Virus record (IMG/VR): IMGVR_UViG_3300011724_000025
Span: 32,001-96,000 of that record
DNA length: 64,000 nucleotides
Reading direction: 5' to 3' (one strand)
Source: a virus
Taxonomy: Duplodnaviria > Caudoviricetes
In this document: piece after piece, positions 10,096 to 18,538 of the stretch
Position numbering within the stretch: position 1 is the first letter of the stretch
Layout: the number at the start of each line of letters is the position of its first letter
The notes under the pieces: model-generated
The model's database searches: none
What the model was told of the DNA's origin: nothing
What the model saw: the letters and a program-made list of their open reading frames with translations, nothing else
Translations under genes and position numbers: made by a program

Positions 10096-10733
10096 TTCTA
10101 TTTTAAAGATTTGTTTTATGTTTTTATAAACTTTTCAATTAGTCCGAGTGCGCCATTCAACCAATCGCACACTTTAATTAATAAATTATATCCCGGTAAG
10201 TTTGGGATCAATTCGTGCCATAAAATTTCAGTTTTATAGTCAGATATACTTTAAGTTTTCCTGCTAAAATGTTATAATCTATAAAGAGTTTACAACCCTT
10301 ACAGGAGACATCATATGAGGAAAAGAGTAAAAAAACATAAACGAATTGCCTATTTAGTACTGATTTATCTACATTGCTTATTGTTTTAGTAAATACCCTT
10401 CTTGATAAGCCACTTCCAAGAGAGGTTATCCTTATTGTCACAAATATTTAGGTTTCAAGAATTCACATCGTTGTCCAAATTGCGAAAGAGAATTTCGTTA
10501 AATCCTAATTTTCATGTTCTTTTGGAAAGTGGTTTTTGCTTTTATAATGCCGTTTGCCAGATGCCGTTTTGCCGGGTTTGTCGTTGTGAATATTCGAGGT
10601 CAATTATTCATATTGGATACTCTTTTGTTTGAAATTAGCAATAAATATGATTTAATCAATGTGATCGTAATATTCCTCTGTTGCAGCTTGTTGAGGTTTG
10701 GAGCGAAAGCGAACTAAAAGTGAGGTAACAATC

Positions 10734-11075
10734 ATGAGTGACCAAAAGAGATCGCAGTTGCCGATACCAGCGCGGGTGACAGTTGGTATTTTTCTGATTT
10801 CTTTTCCCATTATAGGGGGAATTGCCCTTACCATTACAGGTCTATTAGATAGGTACGTACTGGTATACATTGGATATTTATTGAGTAGTTGGCATATATT
10901 CGGCCTTTGCACCAATCAGTCTATCTTCTTGAAGCGCTTTTTCGGGAAGGATCTTTCGTTTCAATATAGCGAGAACGAACTGTGGAGCAAACGCTTTGGC
11001 ATAGTAATGAATTTGCTTTTCCTTACCTTTGGCCTATTCCTGCTTGGCCTTGGGATTTATGATTTGATCCGATGA
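10734..11075 (+). CDS. Small membrane protein (inverted cassette)
   Basis: GAGGT RBS before ATG 10734; three hydrophobic segments. Confidence 0.55.
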   Translation: MSDQKRSQLPIPARVTVGIFLISFPIIGGIALTITGLLDRYVLVYIGYLLSSWHIFGLCTNQSIFLKRFFGKDLSFQYSENELWSKRFGIVMNLLFLTFGLFLLGLGIYDLIR

Positions 11076-11461
11076 TATATATAATATATATAAACATAGT
11101 TCACCTCCGATTCTAATGGTGAGCGAGGAGGTGCCACCCTTATTTTGAACGGTGCCTTAAAGTGGATTTTGATTTTTCATTGTAATATTCGTTTGACGAT
11201 TGCCAAAAAACCTTTATTTTATCAGAACTTCCGAGTTTGTCGTTACTATTCCCATACCTCTTTCTTCTGTAGACATTCTTTATAAAATTCAGGGAAATTA
11301 GCACTACCTAAATCGCTGTTCTCCGATATCTGGGCATTGCACAGCCATATGTCTAATAGGTATGGCTTCAAATTCAATCTTTATTTTTACTATTTTCTTT
11401 TCTGGCTCTACATTATTACCGTAATATCCCATTATTTTCTCCTCTCTCTTCAATAAAAGGT

Positions 11462-11884
11462 TCAATCTATGTACTTAACTTTTTCCTTCTCACAAAACGG
11501 AGATATGTCATAATCAATCAAATTTTTAACAATTTTATAAAGCCCAGTACCTGCTCCGCCATTATTAATATGAGTTAAGTCCATTGCGATTTCTCCATCT
11601 TTAGCTATTATATCGGCGAAGTAGAAATCGTCAGAAACCCTATAAACAGTATCGTGCCATATGGTTTCCGCATTTTGTATTGATGAACACTTTAATCCTC
11701 TTTTGTGGATATAATTTATAATTTCTATCATATTATATTTTAGTACTTTATTTAATAGCTCCGTTTCTTTATGTATTTCTTCTATCAATCCCTTTTTTAC
11801 TACTGCCAACTCGTACTCGCACATCTTTACTTTTTCTTCCTGTTTTAATTTAGATTTTTGTAGTTCTCTAATGATAGAATTCAT
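11462..11884 (-). CDS. Hypothetical protein
   Basis: 140-aa ORF with AGGAG RBS. Confidence 0.65.
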   Translation of the reverse strand: MNSIIRELQKSKLKQEEKVKMCEYELAVVKKGLIEEIHKETELLNKVLKYNMIEIINYIHKRGLKCSSIQNAETIWHDTVYRVSDDFYFADIIAKDGEIAMDLTHINNGGAGTGLYKIVKNLIDYDISPFCEKEKVKYID

Positions 11885-11937
11885 AATTCCTATAACTCTC
11901 CTTTTTTTATATTAATTTTCAAAATAAAATTCCGTTT

Positions 11938-12108
11938 TTATTTAGCAGCCATCAAAAGAATATCTCTAAAACTCAGATCATTGTTATTTGTTCTTTTACC
12001 ATCAATCCTTACATGACATTTTGTACATTCCGTATATCTGTTGTGTTGCCCATTTTCGAAATGGGTTCCAGTAATCATAATATGTCCGCATCTATCGCAA
12101 TTCTTCAT
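11938..12108 (-). CDS. Small Zn-ribbon protein
   Basis: CDRC...CTKC; AGGAGG RBS before ATG 12108. Confidence 0.65.
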   Translation of the reverse strand: MKNCDRCGHIMITGTHFENGQHNRYTECTKCHVRIDGKRTNNNDLSFRDILLMAAK

Positions 12109-12136
12109 GAGTAACCTCCTTTGATCACTCGGCAAT

Positions 12137-12300
12137 TTGACAGTGTTTTTTCAACATGCTATAATGCAATCGTGGCTAATGCCACTTCTACTTCACTTTT
12201 CCCCTCTGTGGGATCTTGCTCATTCGAGCAATGTGTAGTAGGTCTGTAAATTGGGACGAATCGAGGTACTGCCAATACCGTTTGAGATTCGTCCCTTTTA
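12137..12300 (+). ncRNA. Candidate cis-antisense sRNA (~130 nt) with its promoter and terminator
   Basis: TTGACA(12137)-17-TATAAT(12160) with extended TG; hairpin GGGACGAATC...GATTCGTCCC (12253-12295) followed by TTTT. Confidence 0.65.
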
Positions 12301-12303
12301 TAT

Positions 12304-13098
12304 TTATGAGAGATATTTCATCACACCGGACTTTCTCTTGAGTAATAATTTTACATGCGTACTATCATGCAATTGAATTCCAAAATCCTCATCTATCTTA
12401 TTTGCTGTAAATGGGAGCACGTAATCCTCGAAATATATAATTTCGTATTTATCCGTCGGAACTTTGCTTAGCAATTTTTCCATAGTAATAGGAAAATAAT
12501 TCTCTCTTACTTCGCGCTCCCAGTTTGAAACATATCGATATTTCATGAGGAAATGTACTAAATTTCTATTCTCAGTTATACTTCCCCATATACTTTCGTA
12601 GTCTAATACTTGATTTGCATCTGCTTTTTGTATCACCTTTACCCAATCATTCACATCCGCCTTACGATTTACAGAAGAGCTAACACAAAAGTCTCGGATT
12701 GCGATGTATTGGAAGCCCGGATTAAATACACTATTCCAAAATTCACTAATGGCATACGGCATAGAGTATGAATAAACTTCGTGAATCACGCTAGATAAAT
12801 TTAGGAGTGATTTATTAGCATTAACAATACTTAAAGCTTCATTAAAATCGCTAGTAAACAATCCACTCGTTTTATCCTTACCTTTTGCTAATTTAATCAT
12901 TTCTTGACTAATGTCATATCCTATAAGACTTACGCCAGGTAGCCCTTTTGACATATGCTCAATTAACGTTCCGTCTGCGCAGCCAAAATCAACCAACTCT
13001 GTAATGTCATCAATCTTGTCCATAAAGAACAACTTGTCCTGAAAAGATTTCCCCATTCCTTCTATGTAAGTGTCATAATTTTTAATAGATTCACCCAT
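12304..13098 (-). CDS. Class I SAM-dependent methyltransferase
   Basis: LVDFGCADG motif I, GYDIS and LSSVIHE motifs. Confidence 0.8.
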   Translation of the reverse strand: MGESIKNYDTYIEGMGKSFQDKLFFMDKIDDITELVDFGCADGTLIEHMSKGLPGVSLIGYDISQEMIKLAKGKDKTSGLFTSDFNEALSIVNANKSLLNLSSVIHEVYSYSMPYAISEFWNSVFNPGFQYIAIRDFCVSSSVNRKADVNDWVKVIQKADANQVLDYESIWGSITENRNLVHFLMKYRYVSNWEREVRENYFPITMEKLLSKVPTDKYEIIYFEDYVLPFTANKIDEDFGIQLHDSTHVKLLLKRKSGVMKYLS

Positions 13099-13099
13099 A

Positions 13100-15256
13100 T
13101 TACACCGCCCTCTTCTTTAGCAGCTGAGCAAAGCCATCTAAATCATCTCTCATATGTAAATAATTCTCTTTTTGATTCACTATGTATGTACTATTTTTCT
13201 TTGCAAACTCCGCAAACCAGCTCTGCGCAATGTCATCACATTCATGATCACATGCATATCCCACAATACCAAGTAGCGAAGAGAGGTTGTCCAAGTTAAT
13301 TAGCTTAGAGTCATAGTCTATATCCAATGTCCACTCATCAAGCATAGATAGATATAACTCTACATCTTCCTCTGTCTTTTCGGAGCCAGAATTTTCACGT
13401 ACAAAATCTAACGTCTGAATCGCTGCCTTGCAAATATCATCGTTTGTACTACCTACACATGCTTTTACATAGTCTGATTTTGAAAAGTTGTCCACATAAT
13501 CGGCAGATGTGGTTTTAATCTCTTTCTTTGATACTTTTGCTTTTTCAATATGTAAATAATCATTCATCAAATGCTCTAAATGATTTATCTTGCTGACAAC
13601 CACGGCTTTATCTTTAGTTGATTTTCCATTTAAGTTATCAAATGAAACGCCGTCGATCTCTTTGCTATGTAATGACTGATTAAATTCAGCCATAAATTCG
13701 ATGAACTTCTTGTCATCTAATCCGGTATCCATAAACCTGGCGTATAATCCAAAGTAAATAAAGGAATCCTTAGAATCAAACATATTGAAGACCTCTTCTG
13801 TTCCAACATTTGTGATTCTTCCAACCATATCCTCAAAATTGTCAAAACATTCAGTAGTGGCATTTTCTTTCATGTATTCGCATATATCCTCTTGCTTCTT
13901 TTTCCAATCATTTAAGAAGTTGACAGCCATTACGGATTCAACGACTACTCGATTCACAGTGCCATTATTTCCTTCTGACACTTTATACCCACCAAGATCT
14001 TTGAAGAATGGCATACCAGATATACTCTTGACCATTGAAGCAAACTCCTCTCCAAGCCTAGTAATACCCTTCTGAGAAGCCGTCATAGGCTTTCCCTCAT
14101 TGTATCGTGCGATGTGGTAAGCAATATCCTCACTAGAGCAGTTTAAATACTGTACGATTTCAAAGTTATACTCATTAAACTTGTCCTGCAATTCCTCTGG
14201 TAAATCTGAGAACCTTTTCCCACGTATATCAAATTCTCTTCTTTCGCTGATAGGGAATCTTTTATCGTCAAGTTTTGGGCTTCCATCTTCGTTTTTAATT
14301 TGAGCCTGATACTCGATATTCCATCTTCTAATATTTTTTGAAATCTTATATCCGCCCTTAACGAATGAATGTGCATTTGTGCAGCGTTGCTTTCCATCTA
14401 AGTCCCATATAATAGCAAGTCCATTCATTATCTGTTCTGCAAATACAAGGGCAGGAATTGGATTCCCCTGTAAAATGTCAGAAATCAGATTCCCCTTCAT
14501 GCCAGGACTCCATTGCTCTGATTCCCTCTGGAGTGGATGATCAAACCTGATAGTATAATTATCAATCTTTTTAATAATGGCCGCGATACTAAGCCTATCA
14601 GGCTTGCTTTTTTCCAGTGTCTGTGTAAATGTTTGCCCCATTTTCTTCTCCTCAATTTTTGAACATGCCGTTCTATCTCTAAATAATATTTGCGTGTTAC
14701 GAAAAGACTTTATTTGCCTACAATGATCTTCATATTGACCATCTGTTAAGTTTAGGTTGCATTTAATCTCCGAAATAGTAACATCATTCATCTTCATCTC
14801 AACTATTTGCCGTTGAACCGATGATAAACCATTGAGATATTTTTCTACTTTTTCATCGTTTGAAACACCAATTTTATCCAGTGTTTCTTTTTCAATGTCA
14901 TAGTCAGATGCCAACAGGTCGCCAATAGTGGCATTTTCATCTACACCAATGGGCGCATCAATAGAAACTGATAACCTGTCCGCCTTACGTTTTTCTCTAT
15001 TAAGTCCGGTCATCTCCGTTTTGAATTTTCTAGCTAGGCAACCCTTTAAATAAACTTCAAACAGAATCCCCTTTGATTCATCAAAAGTTTCTGTTGCCTT
15101 CCATAATTCTTCATTGGCTTTACTGTAAAAATCATCATGATCTTTTTCTGAAATTCCGCCAAACTTTATGAATAACGGATATGATATTTTTCTGAGTTTA
15201 GCCATGTTGTTTGATGCATACTCGTCCAATAATTGCTGTTTTTGCATAGAATCCAT
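13100..15256 (-). CDS. Sigma-70-like factor fused to a DUF262 (ParB/Srx-fold) domain
   Basis: N-terminal region 2 (ELWKATETFDESKG..F..Y), region 3 (SIDAPIG), region 4 HTH; C-terminal PLQR..W, QGNPIP and LDGKQR DUF262 motifs. Confidence 0.75.
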   Translation of the reverse strand: MDSMQKQQLLDEYASNNMAKLRKISYPLFIKFGGISEKDHDDFYSKANEELWKATETFDESKGILFEVYLKGCLARKFKTEMTGLNREKRKADRLSVSIDAPIGVDENATIGDLLASDYDIEKETLDKIGVSNDEKVEKYLNGLSSVQRQIVEMKMNDVTISEIKCNLNLTDGQYEDHCRQIKSFRNTQILFRDRTACSKIEEKKMGQTFTQTLEKSKPDRLSIAAIIKKIDNYTIRFDHPLQRESEQWSPGMKGNLISDILQGNPIPALVFAEQIMNGLAIIWDLDGKQRCTNAHSFVKGGYKISKNIRRWNIEYQAQIKNEDGSPKLDDKRFPISERREFDIRGKRFSDLPEELQDKFNEYNFEIVQYLNCSSEDIAYHIARYNEGKPMTASQKGITRLGEEFASMVKSISGMPFFKDLGGYKVSEGNNGTVNRVVVESVMAVNFLNDWKKKQEDICEYMKENATTECFDNFEDMVGRITNVGTEEVFNMFDSKDSFIYFGLYARFMDTGLDDKKFIEFMAEFNQSLHSKEIDGVSFDNLNGKSTKDKAVVVSKINHLEHLMNDYLHIEKAKVSKKEIKTTSADYVDNFSKSDYVKACVGSTNDDICKAAIQTLDFVRENSGSEKTEEDVELYLSMLDEWTLDIDYDSKLINLDNLSSLLGIVGYACDHECDDIAQSWFAEFAKKNSTYIVNQKENYLHMRDDLDGFAQLLKKRAV

Positions 15257-15299
15257 TTTGCCACCGCCTTATTTATACTAATGAGTCAACAGTGTTAAA

Positions 15300-15369
15300 C
15301 AACCGATGTGCGACTTGAACACACCCCAAGATAATCAAAATACCCTGTGCTACCTTACACCAATCAGTT
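15300..15369 (-). tRNA. tRNA-Gln(UUG)-like element, possibly degenerate
   Basis: Full cloverleaf on the minus strand: AACTGAT/ATCGGTT, GTGT/GCAC, GGGTA-TTTTGAT-TATCT, GTGTG-TTCAAGT-CGCAC; no encoded CCA. Confidence 0.65.
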
Positions 15370-15433
15370 ACAATATTTAATTCTCCATTCATTTATGGGA
15401 GACTATAGCAGAAACGCCGATACATGAAATTGC

Positions 15434-15600
15434 TTGACTAATAAAAAGAAATTATGTAAAATACAATCAAGCATAGTAATCTGCTATGTTTCATAAGTCC
15501 GGCCGTTTCTGGCTTTGATTTATGTTATGTGTAGAATCACAGTCTGTTTGCGGAGGTGCGCCAACACCGATGAAGCTAAACAGACTGTGATTTTTATTTA
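15434..15600 (+). ncRNA. Candidate cis-antisense sRNA (~130 nt)
   Basis: TTGACT(15434)-17-TAAAAT(15457); 15-bp stem 15535-15549/15578-15592 plus T-tract; inner loop CGCCAA. Confidence 0.6.
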
Positions 15601-15625
15601 ATCAATAGCACCGTGACTGGTTATG

Positions 15626-15676
15626 ATTATAAATCGAACATACGTTCTTTGTCAAGGTCTTTCGAATATATGTTCG
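15626..15676 (-). promoter_or_regulatory. Sigma-A promoter with two LexA (Cheo) boxes
   Basis: TTGACA(15655)-18-TATAAT(15631); CGAAC-ATAC-GTTCT (15635-15648) and CGAAT-ATAT-GTTCG (15663-15676). Confidence 0.8.
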
Positions 15677-15688
15677 ATTATTGTCGTT

Positions 15689-16006
15689 TTATTCCCTTAA
15701 CAATATAGTACTTAATTTACCTCGCGGAATTATATTCCTTATATCTGGTTGCTTTTCAGTAAACACCCTCAATTGATTCACAAAATCATCATACACTCTT
15801 GCAATCGTTTCGGCTTCCATAATTATGTTTTCGCATTCATGTTTGCCTTTCTTTACAAACTCAGGAATCTCATCGCTTTCCAGGTCTTGAACTGCAACAA
15901 GAACTGTTTTAGATTTGTTGCCACGATTATATTTAAGTGCTTCTTCGATAGTCATTTCGATATATTGCATATTAGGCCACCTCTCCGAAATTAGCGTCAT
16001 ATACAC
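15689..16006 (-). CDS. Hypothetical protein downstream of the MazF-like gene (start probably ~15970)
   Basis: GGAGAGG RBS before MQYIEM; adjacent to the MazF-like stop. Confidence 0.65.
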   Translation of the reverse strand: MYMTLISERWPNMQYIEMTIEEALKYNRGNKSKTVLVAVQDLESDEIPEFVKKGKHECENIIMEAETIARVYDDFVNQLRVFTEKQPDIRNIIPRGKLSTILLRE

Positions 16007-16346
16007 GCCTTATTTCTTTTTTCTCTTTTACATCGGAAATATAACCGAGGTATTTAATGATTCTCTTTTCTGATATTTGTCTCATGCATTCTCCTAACAC
16101 CATTGAATCCTCAACCAGCCCCTTTTCGTTTCCTTTCTCAATGAGAGTATGCGTTGGCTGATTGAGATTCTTAACTTGACTTGTTAACGGCATTACAATG
16201 GTTGTACTGCTATAGAAATTTCCCACGTCATTTTGTATAATTACTGCCGGTCTTATACCGCCCTGCTCTGAGTCAATTACATTTAATCCGAAATCTACAA
16301 GTACAATATCATATCTTTTTAAATCCTGTGTCATAATTTTACGCAT
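15972..16346 (-). CDS. mazF: PemK/MazF-family endoribonuclease (EndoA-like)
   Basis: SEQGGIRPAVIIQNDVGN, IVMPLTS and PTH motifs aligned from memory to B. subtilis EndoA; start at 16346 or 16334 because the track's TTG overlaps the -10 box. Confidence 0.85.
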   Translation of the reverse strand: MRKIMTQDLKRYDIVLVDFGLNVIDSEQGGIRPAVIIQNDVGNFYSSTTIVMPLTSQVKNLNQPTHTLIEKGNEKGLVEDSMVLGECMRQISEKRIIKYLGYISDVKEKKEIRRVYDANFGEVA

Positions 16347-16386
16347 CCTCCTTTCTTCAACACTTGCCAATCTCTTTATACTCAAC

Positions 16387-16415
16387 ATTATATACTACGC
16401 TTTATATAAAGTCAA
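16387..16415 (-). promoter_or_regulatory. Sigma-A promoter of the mazF-like gene
   Basis: TTGACT-17-TATAAT on the minus strand, divergent from the XRE gene. Confidence 0.7.
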
Positions 16416-16492
16416 GTATATATAGCAAATATATTTTATATTTATATTTCTTTCTATATATGCTATACTATATATAAAGTGAGGTGTATATA

Positions 16493-16759
16493 ATGCGATT
16501 AAATATCAAAGACAAGCTAGCCGAAAAGAAAATTACCAGGTACGAACTTGCCAAACGCATCGGTGTCTCATATCCAACAATTACCGCTATTTTCAATGGA
16601 GATTCCACAAGCATTAAATTAGAGATATTAGAGGCATTGTGCAAAGAGTTAGAATGTACCCCAAACGACTTAATCGTTTCTGATGATCCCACAGTCAGTC
16701 GGTTACTCTTATATGTAGATAAGATGCAACAAGATGCAAAGAAAGACGATAGAAATTAA
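16493..16759 (+). CDS. XRE/Cro-C1 HTH regulator
   Basis: TRYELAKRIGVSYPTITAI...LCKELECTPNDL. Confidence 0.85.
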   Translation: MRLNIKDKLAEKKITRYELAKRIGVSYPTITAIFNGDSTSIKLEILEALCKELECTPNDLIVSDDPTVSRLLLYVDKMQQDAKKDDRN

Positions 16760-16776
16760 ATCTATCGTCTTTCTCT
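16738..16776. terminator. Bidirectional hairpin terminator
   Basis: GAAAGACGATAGA-AATTAAA-TCTATCGTCTTTC between convergent genes. Confidence 0.7.
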
Positions 16777-16836
16777 TCTATTGATGAAACAGTTCTATTA
16801 TTTTGTCTTTTTACGGCCGGCCCAACAAGGACTCAA

Positions 16837-17193
16837 TTATATCTTTTTTCTCCACATTGCATATGATAAATTAAAATCGGCTTTTTTATTCTCTTCATAT
16901 AATTTCAAAACTCCTGGTAAAGCTTTTTCTATATACTCATCTTTAATATTTAAGGTAGCCATGATCTTATCTATATTTTGAATTTTTACAAGTTCACTTA
17001 TGTATTTCTCACGAGTAAACCATTTTAATTTATGATGAGCGTAGAGCGTCGACAAGCTTGACTGATGTATTCCGCAATTATTTATAGTTTCCCATAGCGA
17101 TTTGACACTCTTTTAATTATCAAGATATTCAATCCACTGCTGTGTATAGTTTCTATTAAAATATACAATAATATCTTCTTCACTAGTAGACAT
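16837..17193 (-). pseudogene. Hypothetical gene interrupted by one in-frame TAA
   Basis: AGGAG RBS plus ATG 17193, in frame with the 16837 stop; single internal TAA at 17113-17115. Confidence 0.55.
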
Positions 17194-17220
17194 TTCTCTT
17201 CTCTCCTAATCTATTTTTAA

Positions 17221-18444
17221 TCAATCTTTCATATTTGTTTTCTTTTTTGCTGCTTTATAACTATTACGATATTCATCACGCAGTAGAGCATATGAGATTA
17301 AATTTTCTATAAGTGTGACAATTTCTTGGTCGTCCAAATGCCAAAGCCTATCATGTTCAAGCTTTCCGAGAAAAAATCTTTTCCCATCTACAATTTGTGG
17401 ATATCTTGCGTAGACGAGTTTTCGAAGCTCGCTAACTTTACCACTCCCTAAATTACCAATTCCGATACGACCATGATGATAGAAGTAACATGAGTTACCG
17501 ATTACCGTTAAGTTATCATCTAGAATAAGTTGCAAAGAATGATGTGTATCTTTTTCATTGTCAATTGCAACATTAAGTGATGTCTTTTGAATCTCTTGTT
17601 TCGCTTCTGTAACATATGTAGATATGTTTATAGAAACAAATTCTGTACTTCCATTTACATCAATTAAAAATGAACGATATGGCCCTGAAAATATTCCTCC
17701 GCCGGCATTGCCATAAGATAAAAATCTTAAGCCATAATCTTCAAGCAAATTAAAAAGCTTATATTTATTCTTTGGGAATTTATAGCTTACATCCAGCAAG
17801 CATTCCCAAAGGTTCATTATGGGGATTGCTTTAGATAAGGTAGTATTCGTCCCAATTTCATAGTCTTGATAATCACATAAGTTTTTCTCCAAGTCCTCAA
17901 ATGGAATTCTAATTGGTGTTTCATCCTCTTCAATTTTAGAATAAATCCCTTTAATCATATCTTGATAATTCGGAAGTGCTTTTATATCAATATACTGATT
18001 CGATTCTGAGTCGAATTTACAACAAATAGTGTCTTCTCCATCTGTTAGCATAGCATATTCACATTCTAGAAAATCCGCATAATCTAAAACTTGATTTACT
18101 GCTTTTTCTCCTAGTAAAACACCTTTGGCTTTACATTCCACCACGGCTATTGGCGACGAAGTATTATCTATATCATTAAGTTTATGGATAACAATATCAG
18201 CTCGTCTTTTAGAGTTAGCTACATAGTGAGAAATGTGTTCTTCTACTGTAATCATGCTGCGTGGCGTCTGTAGCTCGTCAATTAGATATGAAATAGTCTT
18301 TTGTCTTATAGTTTCTTCTGGCGTGATAAATATTAACTTTTCTCTAATAGAATCCAAATAGCATTCTTTACCACAACGTTTATATATCTTCGGTAGGGGT
18401 TGATTCTCCAAATTTATTTTCATAATCTCACCTCTAAAAGCCAT
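17221..18444 (-). CDS. Type I restriction HsdR N-terminal (PD-(D/E)XK) domain protein, stand-alone
   Basis: TPEETIRQ, RRADIV, VVECKA, QVLDYA and LTDG motifs; no helicase, HsdM or HsdS nearby. Confidence 0.75.
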   Translation of the reverse strand: MAFRGEIMKINLENQPLPKIYKRCGKECYLDSIREKLIFITPEETIRQKTISYLIDELQTPRSMITVEEHISHYVANSKRRADIVIHKLNDIDNTSSPIAVVECKAKGVLLGEKAVNQVLDYADFLECEYAMLTDGEDTICCKFDSESNQYIDIKALPNYQDMIKGIYSKIEEDETPIRIPFEDLEKNLCDYQDYEIGTNTTLSKAIPIMNLWECLLDVSYKFPKNKYKLFNLLEDYGLRFLSYGNAGGGIFSGPYRSFLIDVNGSTEFVSINISTYVTEAKQEIQKTSLNVAIDNEKDTHHSLQLILDDNLTVIGNSCYFYHHGRIGIGNLGSGKVSELRKLVYARYPQIVDGKRFFLGKLEHDRLWHLDDQEIVTLIENLISYALLRDEYRNSYKAAKKKTNMKD

Positions 18445-18538
18445 GGCAATTTTTATCTTTATAGTTTATGCAAGCAATCTAATAATCAGACGATAGAATT
18501 ATTTACTTGCACTGAATATATAGAACTATTCTACCACA

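Noticed and set aside
12109-12135. Track N-terminal extension of the Zn-ribbon ORF
   Set aside because: The AGGAGG RBS lies within the extension; ATG 12108 is the better start
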